Positions 27,367 to 39,857 of a DNA stretch of 64,000 nucleotides are shown here, piece after piece. Source of the DNA: Octopus bimaculoides (lineage: Eukaryota); contig NC_068988.1 in NCBI RefSeq assembly GCF_001194135.2, forward strand, positions 89,267,672 to 89,331,671, read 5' to 3'. A program made the position numbers and the translations under genes. Each line of letters begins with the position of its first letter. Within the stretch, counting starts at the first letter, position 1. The notes below the pieces were generated by a model. The model was not told where the DNA came from. It saw only the letters and a list, made by a program, of their open reading frames with translations, and searched no databases.

Positions 27367-27401
<35 letters not shown>

Positions 27402-27445
27402 CGTGCGTTTCAGGTGTGCATAATATAAAATATGAAGTGCAATTA

Positions 27446-28720
27446 CACTAGGCAACAACGAAAATACATCACTGTCTGCTACTCAGAAAAATGGCGATGT
27501 ACTAAATTAAGCCGAGTACGGTGGTTCTGAATCTGAACTCAGAATTGCTGTAGCACGTCAGGATTTTGACCTATGCGCATAATTATACATTAATACTATA
27601 TTAGTTCAAGATAAATAATTATTATAATAGTATATTAGTACTGTATATAGTAAATTTATGTTCAAGGCAAATAGTACAGTAATATACACAGTGTATACTT
27701 ATGTTAAGGGAATACTCTCTTCATTCTTGATATGATACGATCAGAAATGTTTGAGACCCTTGCACTAGCGCTTATAGTTCGTGCTGGTCTCCCGTTGTAG
27801 GAACCAGCAGTAGGCACCCATCATATGTGGATTAAACCTGCCTTGATACCTTATTTCCATCTCAGATATGTTTAGGACTAACGGCGATAAGATTCGTTGG
27901 AAACAAATTGAAATAAAAATGCAAGAAGTGCATTTTAAAAGACATTCTGGATCCGATTCTTTCATACGCTGTTGTTTATTAAATCAGCATAGTTTTGAGC
28001 TCTATGATTTCCAAGGAAGTTCTGTACAACTAATACGAATGAATCCCATGCTGTCAGTTCAACTAGATTCAGTTTACCTCTGAAGTTGCTATCAGGCCTC
28101 AGTTCTCTGATCTTGAATTCAATGAAAATGCCTGCATTTACTTTTGCGTTACATTTACCTGCACCAAATAATACTTTTAACTACTGGAAATCGCAACCAT
28201 CGTGTGCCAGTGCTTTTACGAAGTTTTTAGTGAGGCCGAGTTTGATGTGAAGGGATGGAAGATCTTTTGCGGGTCTACCAATGGCATATACTGCATATTG
28301 TACCGACCAACTATGCGCTCATCTCTTTTAGGCCAATCTTTTACAATGTAATGATTGCTGTCATCAAGGCTTTTCCAAACAAACAAGAAGCGTTGCTAAA
28401 CTAAATAATGTACTTTCTCTTTGTTTGTTTTATTGCTGCTATTTCTTTAATTTTGAATTAAGAACTCTTTCATTTCAGCAAATTTTTTAATGCAGCCAAT
28501 GTCTAGCCGAAAATGTAGTTATAATCCTGCCCAGGCGCATAACTCAAAATCTTGGTATGCTTGAACATGTCTGTGTGCGGATTCGCAATCAGCATGCTCC
28601 ATTTAATCGAAAACACATGCGTTTATCCCAGTAGCAAAATCTTTGTTCTTCAGCTGTGAGGAGCGTGGATTGTTCCCATAATTGCCGTTACTACCTGACC
28701 CTTTCTGATCCGAAACGCTA
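27446..28720 (-). mobile_element. Chapaev3-like (CMC superfamily) DNA transposon remnant with C-terminal transposase and one terminus
   Basis: Minus-strand frames give HYIVKDWPKR...PLVDPQK, DLPSLHIKLGLTKNFVKAL, AWDSFVLVVQNFLGNHRAQNYADLI and SEMEIRYQGRFNPHMMGAYCWFLQRE. Putative end TTA|CACTAGGC at 27446 fits the CAC terminus and TWA duplication I recall for Chapaev3. Confidence 0.75.
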
Positions 28721-29435
28721 GCATGTGTCAGGCTCCCATGTATAGGCTAAATAAAGTTACCAAAGGTACAGTAAGCTTCCATTATTTTTGACACAACCCT
28801 GAAGAATGTGGTTTTTCTGGGTGAAATGCACAAACACACACACAAGCACACACACACGAATACTCACAGACACAGACACGCACAGACACACATATATGTA
28901 AGGCAGATAGATAGATACATATATACATACATACATGCATACATACAAATACACATACGTAAATATCGAACAATGACAAAGAGCGCGCAACACTGCATTG
29001 GTGGATAAAGATTCTTATTATACAAATAAATATACAACTGCATATATTCAGATGATAATCCCAAACGTCGTGAATGCATGTTATTAAATGCTTTTAGGCT
29101 GCAATATTTCGTCCAGGAAAGTGTTAAAATCACTATATATTTCATTGCTAGGCGAAACGAAATAATCCGGAGTTGAACGAGAGCCAGAATGACAGATATC
29201 GATATTACGCTGTTATTTTAAAGCGCATCCGAACCCTATACTTGATTTACTCTCGGAACGAACTCATAACGCTGACTTGACGCATACACAAATAGCGTAA
29301 AATCTATCCCTGAATATGCACCAGCACCTCAAAAGTAAATTAGAATATAAATTTTGAATTAAAAACAAATCTGTAAGAAAAACATTATCGATGTCACATA
29401 TCTTTGCTTGCATGTGGTTAGATGCATTTAGGGTG

Positions 29436-29473
<38 letters not shown>

Positions 29474-29960
29474 NNNNNNNNNNNNNNNNNNNNNNNNNNN
29501 NNNNNNNNNNNNNNNNNNNNNNNNNNNNNNNNNNNNNNNNNNNNNNNNNNNNNNNNNNNNNNNNNNNNNNNNNNNNNNNNNNNNNNNNNNNNNNNNNNNN
29601 NNNNNNNNNNNNNNNNNNNNNNNNNNNNNNNNNNNNNNNNNNNNNNNNNNACACACACACACACACATATATATAAATGTATATGTATGCTTTTATGTAC
29701 ATACATATATGTTTTCACAAACATATTTTGCCATAAGTCAATTTATGTACACATCTATGTAAACAGATGTTGGCTTTTATGTTGTATAAAACTTGAAAAA
29801 AGAATATTAGAAAAACAAAAACAAGCAATGCTCGAATGGCCGCTGGTTATATCTGCATGGCACGTATCCAAATGTGTGATATAGGATTTGTAACGGTGGT
29901 GTTGATGGTAGTGATGATGAATGTTTTGATGTTTGTTATATTGTTCATAATGGCTGTGGT

Positions 29961-30520
29961 AATCTGAAAAACAGATAGATACCTCAACCAAAATAGCCCA
30001 AAAATATGGTAGGGACATCGATATTGAATTTGGGATTGAAAGAGGGTTCAACCATGGTCACTCCTGATGGTAACCGCAATCCTCTTCCCTCTTTCAATCC
30101 TAAATTCAATATCGATGTCCCTACCACGTTTTTGGACTATTTTGGTTGAGGTATCTATCTGTTTTGCAGATTTCCCAAACAATTTCAGGTCATCCATAAA
30201 CAAAAGATGATTCAATGATGGGCCTTTCTTCCCACATCGGTAGTATTTCTTCCTGTGCCAGGAAAGTGTATGTCTTTGCCGCATATATTCCAGTGCGTAT
30301 TTTCCAGATTATCTTTAGACATGCTATGTGACGGTAGTTTCCTACAATATTCCCTTTTCTTCTCTCTTTCATTACAATTGTTGTAATGAAAGAGCAGCTC
30401 TTGCAAACCCACATTTCTTAGACATGATCCAGTAGATATATCTAGCAACATTTTCATATCTTTTGTACTGGCGCTTTACCACCTTTGCACAATCGCTTGG
30501 AAGGTGACTGACAGTTTAAC
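29961..30520 (-). mobile_element. Rearranged R4/Dong-like fragment with a terminal foldback
   Basis: Minus strand YKRYENVARYIYW, then KGNIVGNYRHIACLKIIWKIRTGIY, then LNHLLFMDDLKLFGKS. An 86-bp inverted duplication lies at its left end. Confidence 0.85.
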
Positions 30521-30805
30521 TTTTTGTTCCACACAATCTACAAATTGGTGATAATTTCGTTTTCTCAACATGAGTCTCACAGTAGTTAGTTCGGCGATGA
30601 GACTTGATCAAATAGGATTATGTTCAAAGACGTTCCGGCCATGTCAACCGCCACACCTTCTTATGCATAGGGATTCTAAGACAATTTTATCGAATGTATT
30701 CTTTTCTTAGAATTTTTGAATGGTTTTAGGAATATTTGAAGTGTTTGCTCTTTCTAATAGGTCAAAAGAGGACCGAAAGTCTTCAGCATTGATATACTTA
30801 ACCAT

Positions 30806-31186
30806 GGTGGAAGCGCAATGGGCAGCGGACTCGCGGTCACAGGATCGCGGTTTCGATTCCCAGACCGGGCGTTGTGAGTGTTTATTGAGCGAAAACACCT
30901 AAAGATCCACGAGGCTCCGGCAGGGGATAGTGGCGAACCCTGCTGTACTCTTCCACCACAACTTTCTCTCACTCTTACTTCCTGTTTCTGTTGTGCCTGT
31001 AATTCAAAGGGTCAGCCTTGTCACACTGTGTCACGCTGAATATCCCCGAGAACTACGTTAAGGGTACATGTGTCTGTGGAGTGCTCAGCCACATGCACCT
31101 TAATTTCACGAGCAGGCTGTACCGTTGATCGGATCAACTGGAACCCTCGACGTCGTAAGCGACGGAGTACCTACAACAACAACAAC
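30806..31186 (+). mobile_element. tRNA-derived SINE, family C, with (CAA)n tail
   Basis: Head GGTGGAAGCGCAATGG...GGTTTCGATTCCCAGACCGGGC; about 175-bp 3' region shared with 35751-35925; ends in ACAACAACAAC. Confidence 0.85.
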
Positions 31187-32423
31187 TTAACCATAATTCT
31201 GCCTTAGGTATCATATGTAATACACAAGATGTATTTTCCTGATTTCCATGCATCATATATAATATACATCCACAACGTTCTCAACCGGCAGAATAACCTG
31301 GGGTCTCATAAAAATAAAGTTTTATAGTTTTCAGAACGTGTGAAACAAGAAAGCGAAAATGTACAAAGACAAGTATGGACGTTTAAGACAAATTTAAGAA
31401 AATAATTTGAACATATAAAGGATTAAAACAAAATAACATTTTGCAACTTGAGGGAGATTTTTCTGCCGCGAGTAATTTCGATGTAGTACTTTCAGAGTCG
31501 AGCAGTGTTACTTTTTAGTAATTTGATACGATCAGTTAAGTTAAGGTTGATGTCGTTGATGCTTTTCATTTTGCCGGTCATGTTCCTGCAACTATTTTTT
31601 CTGTTGATTCATTGTTATTGTTTAACCCCAGATAGAATATATGGATAATATCCTTCCAATCATGACTATCCCGTTATAATATATATTTTTTCCAATTCTA
31701 GACTGCTTGGACATCATTATCTAATGCGTCCTTTAAATTAACAAGAGGAAGCAAGGTTAATTTAGTTCGTATTCCCAAAAGGTCAAACCACAACACACAA
31801 TATTCTTCAAAGGTTTGTTATCTTGATGTTGTCATAATTGCTGTCGATGATGCTGTTGCCGTTGCTATAAGCTGTAATGATGGTCATGGTCATGGTCATG
31901 GTGATGATGATACAGGGCATGAGAGTGAAGATGTGAATATTATTCTGATGGTTAGTTGGTAATCTTCCCGTTGCAATTGTCCCTATTTAAGGTGTGAATG
32001 CTATTTTCAATCCAATAGCTGCTGCTGTTTTATTCTCAGTGATGTTGGTGTGTTGTCACATGTTTACTAATCTTATAATTGTTGCTATCGATATTTTTGC
32101 TATATATATTGTTGTTCACCTGGTTTCAGTGTTGCAAATGGTATCATTTATTATTTATTGTTGCTATTAATTTCTTAATTTTTTTTTTTTAGCTTTGTTA
32201 TTGTCTTTTAAGTTGATTGTTTTCCTTGCCACAATTTATATTTTATAAGTTGTTGTTGTTATTGCTATTACATTCAATTCCGTCTATCATTAATGCTGTT
32301 GTTGATATTGATACCAACGTTCATTCTGATATGTTGCTAGTACGATGTGGGATTCTTATTGCCATTAACCTTGTTCTCCGACGCCATAAACCCATATGAT
32401 CTTTTTGAGCAATTGCAATTTCT

Positions 32424-32424
<1 letters not shown>

Positions 32425-32483
<59 letters not shown>

Positions 32484-32500
32484 GTACTACCATTACTACT
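32425..32500. repeat. (ACT)n microsatellite
   Basis: Read directly from the sequence. Confidence 0.95.
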
Positions 32501-33437
32501 ACTTTAACAGTAATCGCTGTTGCTACTGCTGCTGCCGTTTTTGCTTTTGTTTTTGTTGCACTGATGCTAAAATTGTTGTTTCAGGTATTTTTTCCAGAAA
32601 CAATATCAACTATAACGATAAAAATATATCAGCAACAACAAGAACAACAACCTGTTTTTTTTCCCTCCCGTGCCTCTCAACGACACCGGCAAAAACTCTA
32701 ACAAATACAAGCAAAGTAGCTACACGAAAAAAAGCAAAAAAACAAACAAAAAAACAAAAAATAAGCAGGAATTACTGCAACAATAACAACAGATTTAACA
32801 GCTGCAACAATAACAACAACAATAATAACTACATTACGAACAACAAAAATAACAGCTGCTGTAAGAACAGTAACAACCAAAGCAGTAACAACAACAAAAT
32901 CAACAACGACAACAAACTCCACAGGATCAATTAAATTCTCTCCGATTTAACAAAACAAAATAAATTAGATTTCAGGTGTGACAGGAATGAATTTCCAATT
33001 CCGAAGAGAAAAATCTACGTTTTATGGCCTTCGAAACACAGAAATTTAATTCCAATCTGTTTCCAAATGCAATCAGTATTAACGATTAAAATATTCCTTA
33101 TCTTTATTTCTTTCTATTTTTTTTTTTTTATCTTAAACTTATTTTCTTTCAGGTTTTTATTTGAAATTTCGTTATCGAATCTTATAAATAAACCCAGAGT
33201 AAAATAAATATTTTTCTTAATGTGATTTTCTTGAGGAAAAGAGAAAAAAAAATAGCACTGTATACGCATATAGATATATATGAGTGTGTGTCTGTTTGCG
33301 TGTGTGTGTGTGTATAAATATTCATTTATCGGTTTCAGCTAAGGTGTGGCCATGCTGGGGCACCATATATACACATACATACACACACAGACACACATAC
33401 ATATATATGTATATGTATATATGTGTGTAGGTTTGAA

Positions 33438-33479
<42 letters not shown>

Positions 33480-34784
33480 GACGGTGTTCTATGTGTGTAT
33501 GAGTGCCAATGTGTTTGTATGTCTGTGTATATCTCTATATGTATGTCCATATATACATAAATAGCCATAAGTAGGTGTCTGTACATGTATGAAGGCGCAC
33601 GTATGTGGAAATGAAAAACTACCAGAGGATCTTATAGCTCGAATAAACATGATTTAATCGTCATCTGAGAATTATTGTCTGTTGCTATAATTTGTGTATT
33701 TTTATCATTCTCACTGATATTAACTATAATTGTTTATTGTTCTGTCAGTTAGCTTCATACGTGTATTGTTTATATCTATCAATAATATATTTCTTTCAAA
33801 ACATTTGCATATCTTCTTTTGCTTATAAATATGTCTCGCACTATCATTTTCTCTAACTTTATCTTTCTCTCTCACACTTTACTTTTCTATTTATTTGTCT
33901 ATCTTATTACCTTTCCGTCTCCTTGTCTTTCTCCCGTTCTGTTCTCATCTTCATCTATCTTTTCAAAAGTACTCATGCATACACTGGCAAATGCACATAT
34001 ATACTTGTATAATATATACGTATGAATATATATTCATATGTGTCTGTGTTTGTGCGTGTGTGTTTACATATATATGAATACATATATACAAAAGGTTATT
34101 CAAAAAGGATGAACTGATTTCATTATGCAATAATTTAATAAGGAATAGCAATAGAAAACTTCAACTAAGTCACAATTATTTACTAACAAGCAACTTTTAT
34201 TTCCTGTCTCACAAGTGTTCAATGTGGCCACAACCTACAGCACGGACAACATCAAGTGCGATAAGAGAATTCCTCCCGGACGCGTATCAACAGATGACAA
34301 TCCACTGAGTTGATCTCTGTTGTTATTCGAAGTTTAAGGTCATCGAGGTTAGTGGGTAGCGGTGAAACAGAAACGCGATCTTTTACATATCCTCACAACA
34401 AAATAATCGCACACGGTGTGGTCTGGGGATCCCGCAGACCAGGCAGATACGCGTATGTGATGAATTCTTTTACTGTATCGATGTTACCGACGCTGTATGT
34501 GGTGGTCACATTGAACTCTTGTAAGACAGGAAATAAAAGTTGATTCTATATATATACACACATACACACACACAAACATAAGTAAGCGCATAAATACAAA
34601 AATAGTACACGAATATTGAAGGTAGAGTAAAATGGTTCAAAACTACAAAAACCTCACCGAAAATATTGCTTCACGTTCCCGTTCGTCGGATACTTCTCAT
34701 TAAGACATGAATAAAATATATATATTACGGAGATGTACTTGCATAGCAAGTGATCTGATCTGATATCGTGTCCTGAGAGAAAAA

Positions 34785-34985
34785 CAACTGCAGCGTGGAA
34801 GGTGTCTATAAGCCATTTAAAACACACATAAAAACCGTTAGATTCACTTCAAAATTTGAATTTAATTTGCCAGAATATTTTCGTCACTCCCTGCCTGCAC
34901 GACAAATTACGTTCAAATGTTCAAGTGAATCTAACAGTTTTGTATGTTTTTAAATGTTTTATAAACACCATCCACGCTGCAATTG
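34785..34985. mobile_element. Palindromic MITE with about 85-bp arms
   Basis: 34785-34871 matches the reverse complement of 34901-34985 (GCAGCGTGGA, GTTAGATTCACTT) at roughly 80% identity; loop about 30 bp. Confidence 0.8.
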
Positions 34986-35030
34986 TTTAATATATATATA
35001 GAAAGAGAGAGAGAGAGAGAGGGGGAGAGG

Positions 35031-35072
<42 letters not shown>

Positions 35073-35603
35073 AAGAGAGAGACAGATAGATAGATATGCA
35101 TACATATATACGTATATATATTCATATATATTATAGAGAGAACCGTATGATTATATCTGTTTGTTGTATGTGTGTAAATGTATAATTATCTGTGTGTGCG
35201 TGCGTGTATCTGCATAAAATTGTGTTCATATTTGTTGATGTTCATATGTGTATCTATTACTATAACATCGAAAGTCGGTTTCATTTCAAGACCACAAGGG
35301 AACTCATCCCTCACGAACATCATCTTCATTGATACCAGCAACATTCACCCAATCCTCCTCATCCTTCTAATTCTCATCAAGATCGGCCTCACATCTCCAC
35401 AAATTGGCGCATTGGCTACAGATTCGTTGCTGATATTTTAATTTCTTTTAGCCCTTAGCTAGTAAACCTGCGATCAAATTCGTTGTACTTTCACCTTCGT
35501 CCGGCTGCTTTAGAGAAGTATTCCCCAATGAATTCTATTGTTCAATCTTGAAGAGATTTCGGGAAATTTTGTTAGTTGTATTTAGTTCTTACAATAACCG
35601 TGT

Positions 35604-35925
35604 GTAGGCACGTGGTTTAGTGGATTATTTATTCGGTTCTCGGTCGTGAGATCGTGAGTTCGACACCAGGCAGTGCGTTGCGTTGTTTCCTTGAGCGAAG
35701 TACTTTATATCAGGTTGCCCCAATCCACTCAGCTGGCCAAATTAGAAATACCTGTTGTTCAAAGAGTTACCCATATTACATTGTGTGTAACGCTGAATCT
35801 CCCTGCAAACTACGTTAAGGGTACGCGTATCTGTGGACTGTTCAGCGATGTGTACGTTAATTTCACGAGCAGGCTGCTCCGTTGATCGGATCAACTGTAA
35901 TTCTTGTCGTAACCGACGGAGTACC
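35604..35925 (+). mobile_element. tRNA-derived SINE sharing the family-C tail
   Basis: GTGGTTTAGTGG A-box-like and GAGTTCGACACC B-box-like motifs, CCTTGAGCGAAGTACTT central motif, and a tail homologous to 30996-31171. Confidence 0.8.
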
Positions 35926-36159
35926 GTTCTCTTTACAAATACAGTGACCGCACAATAACTGCTTTATAGGCTCTAGAGACGACTATTCTGATGAAAATAT
36001 GGGAACTTACTCAACGTTGAGGGGAGAGCATTTTCAAATATTTAAAATGACTATTTGGATGAGAGAAAAATTCAAGTTCAGTGGTTAACGTTATTCATAT
36101 GAAATCAAAGAAAAGGTGCGACGAAATTAAGTTGCCATTATCGAAAGAAGCTTTGGTAG

Positions 36160-36470
36160 TTGGCTATAATATTTGAAAATGAAAGCGTTAAGTTTTGGTT
36201 GTAAACACTTCGTTAAAAGATTTTGGAATGAAATAATTATCTACGGTTATAATATGTAGGAATGAAAGAATTAGCTACGCGTTATAATATTTAGGAATAA
36301 AAGCTTTAAGCTGTGGTTATAATATTCAAGACTGAAAGAATTAGCTTTGGGTTATAATATTTAGAAATGAGAACGGCACGTGGTTATTATATCTAGGAAT
36401 AAAATTATTTGGATGTGATTATAATCGTTGGAAATGAAATAATTGAAACATGGTTATATTTAAAAACGGA
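36160..36470. repeat. Degenerate 35-bp minisatellite, 7-8 units
   Basis: GTTATAATAT-type anchor at 36246, 36281, 36316, 36351, 36383, 36418 and 36453 (spacings 35,35,35,32,35,35), plus a relic unit at 36163. Confidence 0.85.
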
Positions 36471-36499
36471 ACCACTTGCACCGGGTTACATTATTTAGG

Positions 36500-36684
36500 A
36501 CTTCGTGCAAAATGTATAACGGCGTTTCGTCCGTATTTTTGTTCTGAGTTCAAATTCCGCCGAGGTCAACTTTGCCTTTTCCCCTTTCGGTGTTGATAAA
36601 ATAAGTACCATTTGAGTACTTGAGTCGATGTAATCGACTTAAGCTCTTTCCCGAACTCGATGGCATTGTGCCAAAATTTGAAGG
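36500..36684 (+). mobile_element. SINE family B, 5'-eroded
   Basis: GTTCTGAGTTCAAATTCCGCCGAGGTCAACTTTGCCTTT...AATAAGTACCA...GTCGATGTAATCGACT. Confidence 0.85.
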
Positions 36685-37164
36685 TAATTTTTAGGAAAGA
36701 AATATTTGCACATAGATAAGACATTCCTTTCATAAAGTCTTCGCAGTAATAAGAACACCTCCTGACATGCTTAAGTATCATTAGACTTCATCTTTGATAT
36801 TGTTTTTCATATTGTTTTTCATTTCCAACCTCGACTTTCAATAAAGCATCACTTCAAAGATGTGTAAGAAATGAAGACGATTTCAACAGACGTCAGTAAC
36901 ACTCGATTGTCTAGATTTTAAAAAAATGTCTCGTCCGCCTGTATTTTGAGACTTTATTGCTCTTAGTGACTGAATTCTTGAGACGTTTACTTATACGCAT
37001 ATCTCAATACTGCTTATTAAGCTGCCACCAGTATGAACCTCTTCCAATGTTATATTATCAAAACATGTAGGAGTCGTCAGAAATTACAGGTATCTACCAT
37101 TATTACTTGCAAATGCTAAAGCAAAGTAGTCTATAGATGGTCACCCTGTTATATTAAATAATAA

Positions 37165-37340
37165 CTCGTGATTTAGGCACAAAGCCAGCAATTGTCGGAG
37201 AAGGATAGTCAATTAAATCCACTCTAGTACTGAAATAGTACTTTGTCTTTTCGACCTCGGTGGGATTTCAACTCAGAAATTAAAGAGCTAGAAAATATGC
37301 GACTATTTTTCCGACGCTCTATCTATTCGGCGAGTTCACG
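37165..37340 (-). mobile_element. SINE family B, diverged
   Basis: Minus strand TTCTGAGTTGAAATCCCACCGAGGTCGA...GGCTTTGTGCCTAAA. Confidence 0.7.
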
Positions 37341-38202
37341 AAATTACTATCTTAAATAATGATATATAAATTGAGAAATAACGTACTAGACGCATTTGAT
37401 GAGGTGGCCACAGATGGAACACATTTTGTGGAAGGGGCACTCGATCTGGAATGAGGTGGAGCTAAGCAACTACGTCAACAGCATTCCATCTTTCAACACC
37501 ACCGCCCGCAACAACATGAACACCAACAACAACAATAGAAATGACCAAAATATCCATAAAGAAATGTTAGCAGAGTTTGGATTAAATTGAGTAGGAACCT
37601 AAGATTAAAATATGTCATTGTGTAGAATATTTCCCGTGCCATTGATAATGTCGTTCCGCGATACAATCACAAATAACAAGATGATTAATTGTAGAAGATT
37701 TTCTAGTCTGTTTAGATAAAGTTCAAATTTATTGTTTGCCAGAACAGTTTCATAATAATTTAGAGGTTTTAAATTGCAGTTTTGTTTTGTAAAAGAGAAC
37801 GGATAAAAAAAAATATATGGGCAAAGCGAAAATATAATTTCATGAGAACGAAATAACCTATTTTTTATCAGATCATCCCTGTTATCAAAACTGATAAATT
37901 ACTGTGGTGAGTGCTTTAAAGGAAGAGCTAACATACAGGCATATAATGTGTGAAGTTTGGTTTCAATCCACGTTAATGCAATTTTATGATACATCCCCAG
38001 TCAAATCATATTTCGATAGCAGCCACACAGAAATGTCATACTTTTATTAAACTCGTTCAACTAGAGAGCAATTCTTTCACATTTCAGCACAATATCATAG
38101 AAGTCTGAATGCCTTTGTGGGAAAGCAAATCTGTGATGTTACGCCATTAATACCGTTCTCTCACTCTCAATCCACACTATTGCATATTATATATGTATAT
38201 AT

Positions 38203-38470
38203 ATGGCTTGCTTGTTAGGGTGCTGCACTCACAATTGCGAGTTAGTGGGTTCGATTCCCAGACCGGGCATTCCGTTATGTTCTTGAGCAAAGCACTTCAT
38301 TTTACGTTGCTCTACAATCATTTCGACATCTGACTTGTGGCACCCATTTGCACCTGTACAAGCAATGTCGATTTGATGGAGGGAGTGAGTTTATGTCTAC
38401 ACAAACATTTGATCACTATAAACAAATCATCTCTGTGGTTGTTCGGTAAGAAATTGTCGAACTCTCATAG
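38203..38470 (+). mobile_element. tRNA-derived SINE, family D
   Basis: GGGTTCGATTCCCAGACCGGGC head motif (shared with the 30806 copy), then TTCTTGAGCAAAGCACTT and a distinct 3' body. Confidence 0.7.
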
Positions 38471-38803
38471 GTCGGCTAAAGACAGGAGAATATGTTATTA
38501 TGTTACTTGCATGTATCAGTGTATTATTGATATGCATTCCAGTTTAACGTCCCATGCGAGTTACAATAAACATTTTCCGAACCACATTTTATTTGTTTTA
38601 GATTTTATTAAAAGCTAGAAAGAGTGTTTATCTACACAGAAATTTAACAAACTCAGTTGAACTAATAGTTTCAACACAATTACAATGCCAGACACTATTG
38701 AATTTAGTTTAAATTCAAGCGAGACTCTCATCCCAGTAGCTTCACATTCATAATAGTCATCAATCCTTTATTTCTTTCCTTTTCTATTAGCCTCTCATTT
38801 TCT

Positions 38804-38809
<6 letters not shown>

Positions 38810-38876
<67 letters not shown>
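38810..38876. repeat. (CT)n microsatellite
   Basis: Read directly from the sequence. Confidence 0.95.
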
Positions 38877-38882
<6 letters not shown>

Positions 38883-39819
38883 CTTCCGATTTTTCTGTGT
38901 ATAGTTGTGCATGTGTGTGGCGTTCGTTTAAAATTAATAAGCACATGACAAAGACACAAAGTGAAAATAGACCATGATTAAATTGTTTGATGTAAACTTA
39001 GAATTTTCGAACTTAAATGCTTCTTCAGGAATTTATATAGAATTAGGAAAAAGTGTGGAGAAAGACAAAAAAAGCAGTGGAAAAAAAGTAGAGAGAGCGC
39101 GAGAAAGAGAGAGAAAAGGAGAAAGAGATACATATATATATATTTATAGGTATCGCTTTCTTCTCATATGCATACTCATACACACACACACAGCCACTTA
39201 AATATACGTATATAAAGGTATTACACCCACCCACTTACATATACATATATAAAGGTATTATTTATCTCCACTTAAAAGTGAATGCTCTGTTAAAATATTA
39301 TGATAGTTACCATTACTAAACCTCTCGTATAGGCTTTTGGCGTATATAAGCACTATTGTTTACACCACTAGCGAGAGAAAAATTCTGCTTAATCGCTACC
39401 GCCGTGATTACCATGTCCCATGATTTCGCCCTTTGTTCGCCTTGTCAGTGGTAGACGCTCGACCAATGGAAATACCATAAGATATTGTGCATAAGAATAG
39501 ATACTGTGTTAGAACACAGTATATTGCTATAATTAACATGGGATAACCTCTCATACAGGCTTTTGATGATTATAAGCACTTTTGTTTACATCGCTTGCAT
39601 GACATAAATTACCCACCACTATTGAAGCCGAGACTACTAGATTACGTTATTTCAGTCTTTATTGGACTTTTCAATGTCTGTTCCCCACTCTTTTTTCTTT
39701 TTTTTTTTTTACAGAAAACGACATTACCAAACATGCATATTCTGAAAACATACGTTTCATTTCAAATCCCCAGTGGAGAAGTAAAACAGAAAAATATCAT
39801 ATTTTATCTATCTAATCTA

Positions 39820-39857
<38 letters not shown>

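Noticed and set aside
30806-30880. tRNA-like segments at SINE heads (also 35604, 38203, 50633, 51550)
   Set aside because: A/B-box-like motifs run straight into SINE bodies and I could not build a full cloverleaf, so they are not tRNA genes.
31205-31300. hAT-like terminus (GTTCTCAACC...GGGGTC)
   Set aside because: Degenerate, and no matching opposite end was found.
36240-36470. CRISPR-like regular 35-bp periodicity
   Set aside because: Whole units are mutually similar with no unique spacers, there are no cas genes, and the context is eukaryotic: a minisatellite.
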